NCBI GenBank assembly: GCA_963555825.3
Contig: CAUVXB020000002.1
Span: forward strand, 320,001 to 384,000
Direction of reading: 5' to 3'
Length of the DNA: 64,000 nucleotides
DNA from: Alphaproteobacteria bacterium
Lineage (GTDB): Bacteria > Pseudomonadota > Alphaproteobacteria > JAAXGF01
Position numbers and translations under genes: made by a program. Of the stretch, positions 1 to 11,586 are shown piece after piece. Every line of letters starts with the position of its first letter. The first letter of the stretch is position 1. The notes beneath the pieces were generated by a model. It saw only the letters and a program-made list of their open reading frames with translations, was not told where the DNA came from and made no database searches.

Positions 1-907
1 GGGCGCGCGGGTTGGCCGCGGTCTCGTCGGCGGCCGGCGTCTGCGGCCGGCGGGTGATCAACCGGAACGACGGCGCGCGGTGGTCGGTGCTTTCAGGCGC
101 GTGGCGGCTCGGCCGCGGCGTGCGGCCCGCGCGCGCGCCCAAGAACCGTTTGACGCGCCGGTCCTCGAGCGAATGGAACGCGACGACGGCCAGCCGGCCG
201 TTCTCGGCGAGCAGCCGCTCGGCCGCGCGAAGACCGCGGTCGAGCTCGCCGAGCTCGTCGTTGACGTGGATGCGCAGCGCCTGGAAGGTGCGCGTCGCCG
301 GATCGATGCCGTCGGCCGAGGGCCGCACCATGCGCCGGACGATGGTCGCCAGCTCGGCGGTGCGCGTGATCGGCCGCTCTGTGCGCGCGGCGACGATGGC
401 CTTGGCGACGCGGCGCGCCCAGCGCTCTTCGCCGTATTCGAAGATGATCGTCGCGAGCTCGCGTTCGTCGCGCCCGTTGACCACGTCGGCGGCGCTCTCG
501 CCGGCCTGTTCCATGCGCATGTCGAGCGGTCCGTCGCGGCCGAAAGAGAAGCCGCGCTCGGCGATATCGAGCTGCATCGACGACACGCCGAGGTCGAGCG
601 CGACGCCGTCGACGGCCTCGACGCCTTGGGCGGCGAGCAATCGGTCCATCTCGCCGAAGCGACCGGCGAGCACGCTCAGCCGGCCGGTGAATTCGCGCAC
701 CAGCGGCGCCGCGCCGGCGACCGCCGACGGGTCGCGGTCGATCGCCCAGACGGTGCAGCGCGCCGCCTCGAGGAGCGCCCGGCTGTAGCCGCCCGCGCCG
801 AAGGTGCCGTCGACGTAGATGCCGCCGTCGCGTGGTTCGAGTGCGGCGGCGACCTCGCGCAACATGACCGGCTGGTGGCCGCCGCCACGGCGTCCGGCGC
901 TAGCCAT
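1..907 (-). CDS. rsmH: 16S rRNA (C1402-N4) methyltransferase RsmH/MraW, 3' end outside window
   Basis: Manual minus-strand translation from ATG at 907: [19 protein letters not shown]...[17 protein letters not shown], then [15 protein letters not shown]; start overlaps the mraZ stop. Confidence 0.95.
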   Translation of the reverse strand, partial: MASAGRRGGGHQPVMLREVAAALEPRDGGIYVDGTFGAGGYSRALLEAARCTVWAIDRDPSAVAGAAPLVREFTGRLSVLAGRFGEMDRLLAAQGVEAVDGVALDLGVSSMQLDIAERGFSFGRDGPLDMRMEQAGESAADVVNGRDERELATIIFEYGEERWARRVAKAIVAARTERPITRTAELATIVRRMVRPSADGIDPATRTFQALRIHVNDELGELDRGLRAAERLLAENGRLAVVAFHSLEDRRVKRFLGARAGRTPRPSRHAPESTDHRAPSFRLITRRPQTPAADETAANPRA

Positions 908-1376
908 CGCCGGCGCCCTTCGGCGGCTCGAGCGAGAGCGTCGCGCGCGCGGCCTGCGCGCGCTGGCGCGCCGCCGTCTGGAAGGCCTGCAGCGCGTCGG
1001 GCTGCCAGATCTGGAAGGTCGCGCCGCGGCCGACGAAGGCGGCGTGCTCGGCGATCTTTGCGCGCTCGATCAAATGGCGCGGCAGGATGACCCGGCCCTC
1101 GCCGTCGAACGGCAGCTGGACCGAATCGCCGAAGATGGTGTTGGCGAAGTCGCCATGTTCGTCGGAGAACGGGTTCAGCCGATCGACGCTGGCGCTCAAC
1201 TGCTCCATCCGGTCGATGCCGCATGCCTCGATGGCGTCGTAGTTTTCGTTGAGCGACGGGAAGGCGACGATGCCCTGGAAGCTCTGCGACCCGAGCGCGG
1301 CGCGGAACGGCGCCGGCACGGACACCCGCCCCTTGCGATCGATGCGATTGATGAACGTGGACAGAAACAGCGCCAC
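900..1376 (-). CDS. mraZ: division/cell wall cluster repressor MraZ
   Basis: [13 protein letters not shown] and DGEGRVILP motifs; directly upstream of rsmH. Confidence 0.95.
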   Translation of the reverse strand: MALFLSTFINRIDRKGRVSVPAPFRAALGSQSFQGIVAFPSLNENYDAIEACGIDRMEQLSASVDRLNPFSDEHGDFANTIFGDSVQLPFDGEGRVILPRHLIERAKIAEHAAFVGRGATFQIWQPDALQAFQTAARQRAQAARATLSLEPPKGAGDG

Positions 1377-1461
1377 GTCGTCGCTCCCCAGCCAGTTGTC
1401 ATCCCATCCGCGGCACGATTACGGCCCATGCCCAGCCCGCGCGTCCCATGGATGATCGGCT

Positions 1462-1496
1462 TGGGACTATTTGGGATATCATGGGATACAATGGGC
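1462..1496. promoter_or_regulatory. MraZ-binding direct repeats
   Basis: TGGGA at 1462, 1472, 1482 and TGGGC at 1492, exact 10-bp spacing, upstream of mraZ; matches known TGGGN MraZ boxes. Confidence 0.8.
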
Positions 1497-1569
1497 GTCA
1501 ATGCCAAACCCTATGGAAAATGCGGTTTCTGTTAAGAAATTTCGGGGCTTAGAAAGCAGCGTCGATCCA

Positions 1570-1584
1570 GAACATGAATAGAAC
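1570..1584. promoter_or_regulatory. alphaproteobacterial LexA box (GAAC-N7-GAAC)
   Basis: GAAC atgaata GAAC, exact consensus. Confidence 0.6.
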
Positions 1585-1652
1585 GAAGTTAAACCGACAC
1601 TCTAACTTCGCGAGTCCTTCGTGACACTAGGCGAAGAATGTGGCGAATTTAT

Positions 1653-1667
1653 GTTCGTTCTATGTTC
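1653..1667. promoter_or_regulatory. alphaproteobacterial LexA box (GTTC-N7-GTTC)
   Basis: GTTC gttctat GTTC, exact consensus. Confidence 0.6.
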
Positions 1668-4600
1668 CTGATGAGCCGCAATTTATGGTGTCCCGCGTCG
1701 GTCGGCGATCAATCACTGGCGTTGCGCTCCGAAAACGCGCCGGGCGGTCTGTCGGCGCCCGTCGGTTCGCCGGGTGGAGTGGCCCGACGCGCCGAGCTGT
1801 GTTAGCGTCGTTCATCAACACGAAATCCTGATCCATACAGCCGGTTGGCAAGGAGAGGCAAATGCCCAATCCAGCCACGATCCGGGAGCAGCGCCTTCGC
1901 AAGACGAAGGCGCAACTGATCGACGAGATCGATACGCTCGAACGGCGCGACGCGGCGTTTGAAGTCGGACGAGATGGCTATGCGTCCGGGGGCGGGAAAC
2001 CGCCGTCGAGCGACGATTACCTGGCCAGTCAGGCGCTCCTTGATCTCGCCAAGTTCCCTTCCGAGAACCCCAATCCCGTTCTAAGAGTGACACCCGAAGG
2101 TGGGCTGCTTTATGCCAACGACGCCGCGCAGGCGGTTAAGGGTCTGGTAACGGGCAGGAAGAAAGACCGGCTTCCGAGCAAGCTCGCGAAACTCGCCACC
2201 AAGGTCTCGCGTACGGCCGCGGCTCGGCAGCCCGAGTTCCGTAGCGGTGACCACATCTTCGCCCTCGCGCTGACGCCCGTGGGCGGTGAGTCCTACATCA
2301 ACATCTACGGCCGCGACATCACCGAGCGCAAGCGGGCCGAAGAGGCGCTGCGGGAGAGCGAGCGGCGGTTCAGGTCCATCCTGAAGGACAGCCCCATCGC
2401 CGTCGCCGCTGTCCGCTCGTCGGATAGAGAGATCATCTATGCCAACCCGCGCATATATGAAATGTTCCGAATCGACGAGCAGCAACTGGGTACCCAGGGG
2501 GCCAAGAGCTATTACGTCGATGACGCGGACAGAGAGCGCATGGCCGAGCTCTTGAAGAGCGACGGGTTCGTCCACGACGAGGAAACGCGGCTCAAACGAG
2601 GCGACGGGACCGAGTTCTGGGCGACGGTTTCGTTCATGGACATCGACTACGCCGGCGAGCCGGGAAGCTTGGCCTGGTTCTACGACATCACCGAGCGCAA
2701 ACAAGCCGAGGAGGAACTGGCGGAGAAGGAAGCGCAACTCCGGGTCGCGCTGGACAACATGCCGGGCGGCATGATGCTTGGCGATCAAGACCTGAACTAT
2801 GTGCTCTTCAATGGGCAGTACAGCGAACTGCACGATTACCCGGAGGGTTTTCTCAAGGTCGGGATGTCTTTGCGCGAGGAGGCGCGCTTTCAGGTCGAGC
2901 GCGGCGACTACGGCCCTGGGAAGAAGGACGAGTTGGTGGAACAGTTGCTCGACCTTTACCAGGGAGGTCAAGCGACAAGTTGGGAGCGAACCCTCCCCAA
3001 CGGACGGACACTCCGCTTCAACATGGCGCCAACGCCGGAGGGCGGCAATGCCACGATCGCCACTGACATCACCGAGATCAAGCAGGCCGAACAGGCGGCA
3101 GCCGAGGCGCAGGCGTTACTGAACGACGCGATCGACTCTATCTCGGAGGGCTTCGCGCTGTACGACGCCGACGACCGGCTCGTGCTGTGCAACAAGACGT
3201 ACAGGGACCTCTGGGGCTACTCCGACACCGAGGCCGCGCCCGGCGTCCATTGGGACGATCTCGATCGCCTCGACGTCGAGCGGGGCACCGTCATCGGCGA
3301 GGGCAGCGGCATGGCTGGCTCACCTTGGCGTATTGCATTATCTCGGCGGCGACAGAGACAATCGATCGAGATCCAATTCACCGATGGCCGCTGGGTGACG
3401 ATCCGCGATCGTAAGACGGCGGCCGGCGGCAGCGTCAGCATCCAGACCGACATTACCGAGCTCAAGCGGGTCGAGGAGGCGCTGCGTGAGCAGACGAAAA
3501 CCGTGGGCCTCCTGCACCAGACCGCGTTCGACGCCAATCAGGCCCAGGACGTCGAACACGCGCTGAAGGGCTGTCTCGATTCGATTTGCGCCTATACCGG
3601 CTGGCCGGTGGGACATGTTTACGTCCGGGCACCGGGTGAGCTGGCCAAGCTGGTCCCCTCGATGGTCTGGCACCTCGACAAGCCCAGGCGGTTCGCCAAC
3701 TTCCGCAAGGTCACCGAAAAGGCCACGTTCGAGTCCGGCGTCGGCCTGCCCGGCCGCGTGCTGGAGACCGGCGAGCCTGCCTGGATCGTCGACGTCACCA
3801 AGGATAAGAACTTCCCCAGGGCCAAGCTGGCAAAGAACATCGGTGTCAAGGCCGGTTTCGCGATTCCGGTGCTGACCGGGTCCGAGGTGGTGGCGGTGCT
3901 GGAGTTCTTCTCCCCAGAAGCCGTCGAACCGGACGAGGCGCTGCTCGACGTCCTCAACAACATCGGCGGGCAAGTCGGCCGGGTAATCGAACGCAAACGC
4001 GCCGAAGAAGAGCTGGCCAGGAAGGAGGCGCAGCTTCGTGTCGCCTTGGACAACATGCCGGGCGGCATGATGCTTGGCGATCAAGACCTGAACTACGTAC
4101 TCTTCAATGCGCAGTATAGCCAGTTGTTCGATTTACCCGAGGGCCTCATCCGGGTGGGCGGGTCGGTGCTGGACGTGTTGCGCTATCGGGCCGAACGCGG
4201 CGACTTCGGCCCAGGCGATGCGGGCGAGCTGATAGAGCAGGTGGTCGATCGTTACCGGCGTGGCGAGGCGAACAGCCTCGAGCGAAATATCCCCGGCGGA
4301 CCGACGCTTCAAGTCGACATCGCGCCGACGCCCGAGGGCGGCTACGTCACGATCGCGACCGACATCACCGAGCGCAAGCGAGCAGAGGAGGCGCTGCGCG
4401 AGGCGAAGCGACGGTCGGAGGAAGCCAGCAAGTTGGTTGCCGAAAAGAACCAGATGCTCGAATCGCTGTCGAACCAGCTCGCGAAATACCTCTCGCCGCA
4501 GGTCTACGACTCGATCTTCGCCGGCAAACAGAGCGTCGAGATCGCGTCGAAGCGGAAGAAGCTGACCGTCTTCTTCTCCGACATCGCCGATTTCGCAGGG

Positions 4601-5219
4601 ACCACTGACAGCCTGGAGTCCGAGGAACTGACCAACCTCCTGAACCACTATCTGACCGAGATGTCGAAGATTGCCCTCGACCACGGCGCGACGATCGACA
4701 AATACGTCGGCGACGCCATCATCGCGTTCTTCGGCGACCCGGAAACTCGCGGCGTCAAGGAAGACGCGAGAGCTTGCGTGAACATGGCGATCGCTATGCA
4801 GCGCAGGATGCGCGAACTCCGGTCCGAATGGCTGGACATGGGGTTGGAACAGCCGTTCCAGGTGCGCATGGGCATCAACACGGGGTTCTGCACGGTCGGC
4901 AACTTCGGCAGCGGCGACCGCATGGACTACACCATCATCGGCAACGAGGTGAACCTCGCCGCCCGACTTGAGGCGCTCGCCGAGGTCGGCGGCATCCTGC
5001 TGGCCCACGAGACCCATTCGCTGGTCAAGGCGACGGTGATGGCCGAAGAGGGCGACGCCGTGACCGTCAAGGGCTTCGCCAAGCCGGTGCGGACGTACTC
5101 GTGAGAACGGCAGAGCAATAATCCCCCACTGAAGCGGCCGGTCGATCCGGCTGCGGCGGACCAAAATGGGACCGCGTATAGCCTTCTGTCAGGGTTGCTC
5201 TGACTGGAAGGCGGGGGGG

Positions 5220-6719
5220 ATGTATCGGGTGGAGTTGTACGCACGGGTTCGGCGGGCGTGTCATGTCGAGGGGATGAGCACCCGCGAGGCCTCGCGGGTG
5301 TTTGGTGTAGACCGCAAGACGGTCCGTAAGATGCTGTCGTTCTCGGTGCCGCCAGGGTATCGCCGAAGCGCGCCGCCGAGGCGGCCAAAGCTGGGTCCGT
5401 TCACGGGAATCATCGATCGGATCTTGGAAGACGATCGGACCAGCCACCGCAAGCAACGGCACACTGCGAAGCGCATCTTCGACCGCCTCCGGGACGAGTA
5501 CGGTTTCACGGGCGGCTACACCATCGTGAAGGACTACGTTCGTGAGCAGGGGCTTCGGTCGCGTGAGGTGTTCGTGCCACTCTCCCATTCCCCCGGTCAC
5601 GCCCAGGCGGACTTCGGCGAAGCGATGGCGGTGATCGGCGGCGCGTTACGGAAGATCCACTTCCTTGCCTTCGACCTTCCCCACAGTGATGGTTGCTTTG
5701 TTGCGGCCTATCCGGCGGAGACGACCGAAGCATTCTGCGATGGCCACAACGCGGCGTTTGCCTTCTTCGGCGGCGTCCCCCGATCCATCCTGTACGACAA
5801 CACCAAGCTGGCGGTTGCCCGGATCCTGGGCGATGGGAAGCGGCAGCGAACGCGCGTCTTCACGGAGCTTCAGTCCCACTATCTGTTCGAGGACAGGTTC
5901 GGCCGGCCGGGCAAGGGCAACGACAAGGGCAAGGTCGAGGGACTGGTCGGCTTCATCCGGCGGAACTTCCTGGTCCCCGTCCCGCGTGCCGAGAGCTTCG
6001 CGGCCCTCAACGATGCTCTCGCCGAACAGTGCCGCCGGCGCCAGGCGGCGCGGCTGCGGGGCCACAAGGAGACCATCGGCGAGCGTCTCGAGCGGGATCG
6101 TCAAGTTCTCTTGCCATTGCCGCCTGCTCCCTATGATGCCTGCGATAAGCGCCCTGGACGGGCGAGTTCGCTGTCGCTGGTGCGTTACCGCAGCAACGAC
6201 TATTCCGTGCCCGTGGCCTACGGCCACCGTGAGGTGCTCATCCGGGGCTACGTCGATGAGGTGGTGATCAGCTGCGGGGCCGAGGTGATCGCCCGGCACC
6301 GCCGGTCCTACGACAGCGAGGACCTGATCTTCGACCCGCTGCATTACCTGCCCTTGATCGAGCAGAAGATCGGCGCCCTCGACCAGGCCGCGCCATTGGC
6401 GGGCTGGGACCTGCCCGAGGCCTTCATCACTCTGCGGCGGCTCCTCGAAGCTCGTATGGGCAAGGCAGGCAAGCGCGAGTACGTCCAGGTGCTCCGTCTA
6501 CTGGAGACCTTCCGGCTCGAGGAGGTCGAGGGTGCGGTCGGCGACGCCCTGCGGCTCGGCGCAATCGGCTTTGATGCGGTGAAGCACCTGGTACTGTGCC
6601 GCATCGAGCGGCGGCCGCCCAGGCTCAACCTCGACGTCTATCCGTATCTGCCGCGCGCCCGGGTCGCGATGACGTCCGCCAAGTCGTACATGAGCCTGCT
6701 GTCGGGGCTCGGCGCATGA
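5220..6719 (+). CDS. istA: IS21 transposase IstA
   Basis: HTH, QADFG, YDN, KGKVEG DDE motifs. Confidence 0.95.
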   Translation: MYRVELYARVRRACHVEGMSTREASRVFGVDRKTVRKMLSFSVPPGYRRSAPPRRPKLGPFTGIIDRILEDDRTSHRKQRHTAKRIFDRLRDEYGFTGGYTIVKDYVREQGLRSREVFVPLSHSPGHAQADFGEAMAVIGGALRKIHFLAFDLPHSDGCFVAAYPAETTEAFCDGHNAAFAFFGGVPRSILYDNTKLAVARILGDGKRQRTRVFTELQSHYLFEDRFGRPGKGNDKGKVEGLVGFIRRNFLVPVPRAESFAALNDALAEQCRRRQAARLRGHKETIGERLERDRQVLLPLPPAPYDACDKRPGRASSLSLVRYRSNDYSVPVAYGHREVLIRGYVDEVVISCGAEVIARHRRSYDSEDLIFDPLHYLPLIEQKIGALDQAAPLAGWDLPEAFITLRRLLEARMGKAGKREYVQVLRLLETFRLEEVEGAVGDALRLGAIGFDAVKHLVLCRIERRPPRLNLDVYPYLPRARVAMTSAKSYMSLLSGLGA

Positions 6720-7480
6720 CCGACACACCGCAAGTGCTGCTCGCCCACCACCTCAAGACGCTGAAGCTGCCGACCTTCCTGCGCGAGTACGACAAGATCG
6801 CCCGGCAGTGCGCCTCGGAAGGCGTCGATCACGTCCGCTACCTGTTGAGACTCGCCGAGCTCGAGCTGATCGACCGCGAGCGCCGCATGGTCGAGCGGCG
6901 CATCAAGGCGGCGCGCTTCCCCGTGGTCAAGAGCCTCGACAGCTTCGACTTCAAGGTCATCCCCTCGCTCAACAAGGCGCTGGTCCTGGAGCTGGCCCGC
7001 TGCGAGTACATCGAGCGCCGCGAGAACCTCATCGCGCTCGGCAACAGTGGGACCGGCAAGACCCACATCGCCCTCGGTCTCGGCCTGGCGGCCTGCCAGA
7101 AGGGCCTCTCGGTCGGCTTCATCACCGCCGCCGCGCTGGTCCACGAACTCATCGAGGCCCGCGATGACAAGCAGCTGCTGAGGTTCCAGAAGAAGCTCGC
7201 CACCTACAAGCTTCTGATCGTCGACGAACTCGGCTTCGTGCCGCTGTCGAAGACCGGCGCCGAGCTGTTGTTCGAGGTGTTCAGCCAACGCTACGAGCGG
7301 GGCTCGACCCTGGTCACCACCAATCTGCCCTTCGACGAATGGACCGAGGTGTTCGGCTCCGAGCGCCTCACCGGCGCGCTCCTCGATCGCCTCACCCACC
7401 ACGTCAACATCCTCGAGATGAACGGTGACAGCTACAGGCTCAACCAGAGCCGCAGGCGTCAAACCCCGACTGCTAACTGA
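6716..7480 (+). CDS. istB: IS21 helper ATPase IstB
   Basis: GNSGTGKT Walker A, LLIVDELG, LDRLTHH; ATGA overlap with istA. Confidence 0.95.
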   Translation: MTDTPQVLLAHHLKTLKLPTFLREYDKIARQCASEGVDHVRYLLRLAELELIDRERRMVERRIKAARFPVVKSLDSFDFKVIPSLNKALVLELARCEYIERRENLIALGNSGTGKTHIALGLGLAACQKGLSVGFITAAALVHELIEARDDKQLLRFQKKLATYKLLIVDELGFVPLSKTGAELLFEVFSQRYERGSTLVTTNLPFDEWTEVFGSERLTGALLDRLTHHVNILEMNGDSYRLNQSRRRQTPTAN

Positions 7481-7911
7481 ACCGACCACCCAGCCCACGC
7501 TTGACCCCGTGGGCCCACAGGTCCCTCCCGCGCGCGCCGCCGCGTCAGCCTGTTGAGGGCACGCCGCGTCGCGCGCGGGGCCCTCCCGTGGACTACGGGG
7601 ACAAGCCCGCAGCCGCCAAGCGGTCCCTTCTTACACCGCCGAGGTGGTCCCTTTTTGCTCCGCCATTGACACGTACTCGGTCGTCGGCCTCTACGACGAC
7701 TTGGCGGCGCAGGGAAGAGTTATCCTCCGCGACCAGGAGGGCCTGGCGCTGGTCATCGACCGCGACAAGCTGACCAAGAAAGGCAAGGCCGAGGCGATCA
7801 AGGCGCTCGAAGAGGCGGCGGCGCAGCTCAAGGACTGATACACCCGTCAACGACCGCGGCGCGGCGCATCGACGGCCGTCGCCGCGCGGGGTTATCGGTA
7901 AAAAGAAAAAC

Positions 7912-8319
<408 letters not shown>

Positions 8320-8440
8320 ACGCATAGACCTATGCCGCGCGGCCCTGAAAATCAAGCGCCGTCGGGCCGTGTCACAGCGTGAAAATCTGCTGCAATTACG
8401 CCCGGGGCCCGAAGCAGACATCGCACAAATGATCAGCCGA

Positions 8441-9385
8441 TTAGGCTTCGCTGAATTTGCGGTAGGCCACAGCGGCCAAGGCGAGGTCGCCAAGGGCATG
8501 GCCCCGGAATATGAAGGCGGTACGATCATCGGCCCGATTACGGCCATTGAACTTGCCCAGTATCAATCCGGACAGATCGCCGGTCACATGTTCCGGCGCG
8601 GCAAGTTTGTTTGGAAGCGCGGCCTCTTGCTCCAAATCGTCAAGCGCGATCTGATCGAATGCGGCAAAACTTTCCTTGTCCCATGGCGCGGCCAGATCGG
8701 TTATCGCGGCAAAGCATCCGGGGGCGAGATCGTTTGCATCCAGAGGCGGAACGAGTTGCGCCGAAAAGGTAACGGACGTGACAACCACGTCAGCGTCTTC
8801 GATGGCATCCTTGCCCGAATCGCACACCTCGGATGCCAGGCCAAGCTCATCCGCGAAATGGCACAAGCCGTCGATGTTGGCCTGTCCACGGCCAAATGCT
8901 TTTATCTTCTGCAGCGGAAACATGTCGGAGAACGCTCTCAAATGGCTTCGTGCCTGAACACCACAGCCGATGAACGCACAAACCGCCGAATCCTTTTTCG
9001 CCATGTATTTCGCGGCGACCGCGCTCAACCCCGCCGTTCGCACCGCGGTGATCCAGTTGCCGTCTAGGATGGCGACAGGCAGTCCCGTTTCACTGTCGAG
9101 CATGGTAACGAGGCCATTGATTTGCGGGAGCCCCTGGTCGGTATTGCGTGGATTCAGGACGACCGTCTTAACGGCCAGCAGCGACGGGTTATCCATCGCC
9201 GCAAGCGCGGCCATCATATAGCGACCATCGGAAGGCAGGATAACCGCCTTAGGGGCGCTCCAGACGGTGTCCTCGGCGATTCCGCGGACGAGCGTTTCGA
9301 TACTTTCGATGACATCGCCCGTCGTGATGCCTAACCCTTCAAGGGTCGATTCCGATAGATAGGGAATGTTCTCTGCCGTGTTCAT
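8441..9385 (-). CDS. ornithine cyclodeaminase / mu-crystallin family protein
   Basis: TAVRTAG, GCGVQAR, GHALGDLA motifs. Confidence 0.9.
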   Translation of the reverse strand: MNTAENIPYLSESTLEGLGITTGDVIESIETLVRGIAEDTVWSAPKAVILPSDGRYMMAALAAMDNPSLLAVKTVVLNPRNTDQGLPQINGLVTMLDSETGLPVAILDGNWITAVRTAGLSAVAAKYMAKKDSAVCAFIGCGVQARSHLRAFSDMFPLQKIKAFGRGQANIDGLCHFADELGLASEVCDSGKDAIEDADVVVTSVTFSAQLVPPLDANDLAPGCFAAITDLAAPWDKESFAAFDQIALDDLEQEAALPNKLAAPEHVTGDLSGLILGKFNGRNRADDRTAFIFRGHALGDLALAAVAYRKFSEA

Positions 9386-9625
9386 CTTGCGCTCGCTGGA
9401 TGTGTCGGGATGGCCGAATGTATTGGTCGCGGTGGAATAGGTTGGCCGGATTGTACCCGCCCTTAAGGGTCAGCAGGCAGCCAAGATTGTGGCCGAGCGA
9501 CCCAACGGTGCGATGAGCTTCATGGTTAACTCGGAATGTCCATCCTGCGACTGTGAGGTCGAATTTTGCACCCAATAAATTTGAAGCGCCATAGCCAAGT
9601 TGGTATTTTCATTATACAAATATGA

Positions 9626-10516
9626 ATGAGAACGAATTGGGACGACCACCGCTATTTTCTCGCCATTGCCCGCGAGAGTTCCCTGACCGCTGCCGGAAAA
9701 GCGCTCGGTGTCAGCCAGCCGACGATCTCCAGACGTCTGAAAGCGATGGAAGCCAAGCTGAAAGTTCGGCTTTTCGACCGCACACCGCAGGGCTACGAGT
9801 TGACCGCGATCGGCATGGACTTGTTCGATACCGTTCAGCGTGTCGAGGAAGATCTGGCCGAAGCCGATCGCAAAATTTATGGCAAGGATCAGGATCTGAC
9901 CGGCGGCTTGCGCATCACCTGTACCGAGATACTTCTCAATGGTTATCTGTCGCCGTTCGTCTGGCAGTTTTTGAGCCAAAATCCCGGCATTGAGTTGAGT
10001 GTTGTTTGCACCGATTCACAGTTGAGCCTCAGCCGCAGTGACGCAGATCTGGCGATCCGCTTTACGCAGCGCCCGACCGAGACGCTGGCCGGCCGCCGAC
10101 TGGCCTCGGTGGCCTATGGTGTCTATACTGCCAGCGGCACGGCGGGTGACCGCTTCACATCGTCGAATCGGGCGGAATGGGACTGGATTGGCGTCCATGA
10201 CGAGATGCACAATCGGATACTCTTTGGGGCCGTGTTCCCCGAAGGCCGTTTCAAACACCGGGTCGAGAGTGTGGCGGCGATGCAATCGATGGTGCGCAGT
10301 GGCCTCGGTGTCACCGTGCTGCCATGTTACCTCGCCGACCGAGACGAGAGCCTGCGCCGAGCCGAACCAGAGCCATTTATGGACAACAAACTTGATCTCT
10401 GGATCCTGTACCATCCCGACGTCCGGCGCGTGCATCGCGTTCGGCTCTTCGCCGATTTCATAACCGACTTGATCAGTTCGGACCTGGACCTCTTCGAGGG
10501 CCGCAGCCCGAATTAG
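9626..10516 (+). CDS. LysR family regulator
   Basis: NWDD..YF, SLTAAG..LGVSQPTISRR..LFDR HTH; divergent from the cyclodeaminase gene. Confidence 0.95.
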   Translation: MRTNWDDHRYFLAIARESSLTAAGKALGVSQPTISRRLKAMEAKLKVRLFDRTPQGYELTAIGMDLFDTVQRVEEDLAEADRKIYGKDQDLTGGLRITCTEILLNGYLSPFVWQFLSQNPGIELSVVCTDSQLSLSRSDADLAIRFTQRPTETLAGRRLASVAYGVYTASGTAGDRFTSSNRAEWDWIGVHDEMHNRILFGAVFPEGRFKHRVESVAAMQSMVRSGLGVTVLPCYLADRDESLRRAEPEPFMDNKLDLWILYHPDVRRVHRVRLFADFITDLISSDLDLFEGRSPN

Positions 10517-10524
10517 AATGGACC

Positions 10525-10844
10525 CTACCCACCGTCAAAAACCCTGAAGATGAGCTGCGCGGTCTCGGGATCGACGATGCCGTCGATCTGGCGCGGGCGG
10601 AAGTGGCGCTGGAAGGCGGCGACGACCGCGCCGGTCGCCGCGTCGAAGGTGCCGTCGGTCGGCACGCCATAGCCGAAACCGGCGAGCGCCCGTTGGATCT
10701 CGGCGACAGGCGCGCCGCCGTCGCCCGGCCCAAGCGTCAGCCCCATCTCGCCCCGCGCGACCTTCGCCGTGGGCCACAGGCCGACGCCGGCGGCGGCGAG
10801 CCGCGCCCAGTCGAACAGCTCGCCGGGGTCCCGGCGGCACCCGG
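10525..10844 (-). pseudogene. diverged duplicate of the amidase 3' end (peptidoglycan-binding part)
   Basis: DPGELFDWARLAAAGVGLWPTAKVARGEMGL...AFQRHFRP aligns to 12860-13164. Confidence 0.9.
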
Positions 10845-10930
10845 ACTTTCCTCCCCCCGGCTTGCGCCGAAAGGCGGCCATCCGACCGTCTGGCGCCCCT
10901 AGACCTATGCCGCGCGGACCCGGAAATCAG
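10840..10930 (-). repeat. duplicate of rnpB 5' end plus upstream promoter region
   Basis: CCCGGACTTTCCTCCCC...GGCGGCCATCCGACCGTCTGGC...TAGACCTATGCCGCGCGG matches 8265-8357. Confidence 0.92.
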
Positions 10931-11520
10931 GCGCCGTCGGCTACCAAGATGCGCTGCGCCAGCGACTTGAGCGTCGCGATGTAGTCGTCCTGCTGCCAAC
11001 CGCATTCGATGGTCAGCAGTTCCCAACTGCGGACAGACAGCATCGTCCAAAGGATATCGGTCGCCTGTTTCGGCGCGTGGCGGGACGACAGCATGTTGTC
11101 GCGGTTCAGCGCTTCGATCGCCGCTTCGCAGCCTTCCCGCATATCCTGCATGCGCTCGTCCCACGCCTTCGCCGCCGCCGCGTCGGTGTCCCTCATGGCG
11201 AGAAGCGCTCTGGCGACACCATGGATTTCCGGGATGTAACCGCCCCATGCCTCGATAAAGGCGTCGAGACGTTCGGTTCCGGTCTGCGCCGTGCGGCTCG
11301 GCACCAGGCGTTCCTCGCTCCCCTTCAGTTCATCGAGATAGTGCGTCGTAGCAATCAAAAGCCGCGATCGTGTGCTGAAATGAAGATAGAGCGCCTGCCG
11401 GCTGATGCCCGCGCGTTGGGCGATGTCCGTCATACGCACGCCCCTACCCCGGCTCGCTTCCAGCAGCGCCAAGGTAGCTTTCAAAATTCGGTTTCGGGTA
11501 TCGACTTTTCCTCTTGACAT
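10927..11520 (-). CDS. TetR family regulator
   Basis: MTDIAQRAGISRQALYLHF HTH. Confidence 0.92.
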   Translation of the reverse strand: MSRGKVDTRNRILKATLALLEASRGRGVRMTDIAQRAGISRQALYLHFSTRSRLLIATTHYLDELKGSEERLVPSRTAQTGTERLDAFIEAWGGYIPEIHGVARALLAMRDTDAAAAKAWDERMQDMREGCEAAIEALNRDNMLSSRHAPKQATDILWTMLSVRSWELLTIECGWQQDDYIATLKSLAQRILVADGA

Positions 11521-11569
11521 AGTGTCAAGTAACACTTACTTGTCATCATATCAATTGACACGGTGTCAA
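11513..11569. promoter_or_regulatory. two palindromic TetR operators
   Basis: CTTGACATAGTGTCAAG (11513-11529, overlaps the tetR start) and TTGACACGGTGTCAA (11555-11569) in the divergent gap. Confidence 0.8.
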
Positions 11570-11586
11570 GCAAATTGGAGTCGGCA

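Larger units (their letters stand above)
5102..7671 (+). mobile_element. IS21-family element
   Basis: Imperfect IRs TGAGAACGGCAGAGCAATAAT / TGTCAATGGCGGAGCAAAAAG; 8-bp target duplication CGTACTCG at 5094-5101 and 7672-7679; istA-istB inside. Confidence 0.95.
1862..7838 (+). pseudogene. multi-PAS/GAF class III adenylate/guanylate cyclase, interrupted near its C-terminus by IS21
   Basis: Repeated PAS ends (DITERK), GAF (GLPGRV), cyclase motifs FSDIADF, KYVGDA, GNEVNLAARLE, VKGF; the frame resumes after the IS at 7680 as VVGLYDDLAAQG...QLKD stop. Confidence 0.9.

Noticed and set aside
10840-10930. Second functional RNase P RNA
   Set aside because: Only about 55 nt of the 5' end are present; the catalytic core is missing
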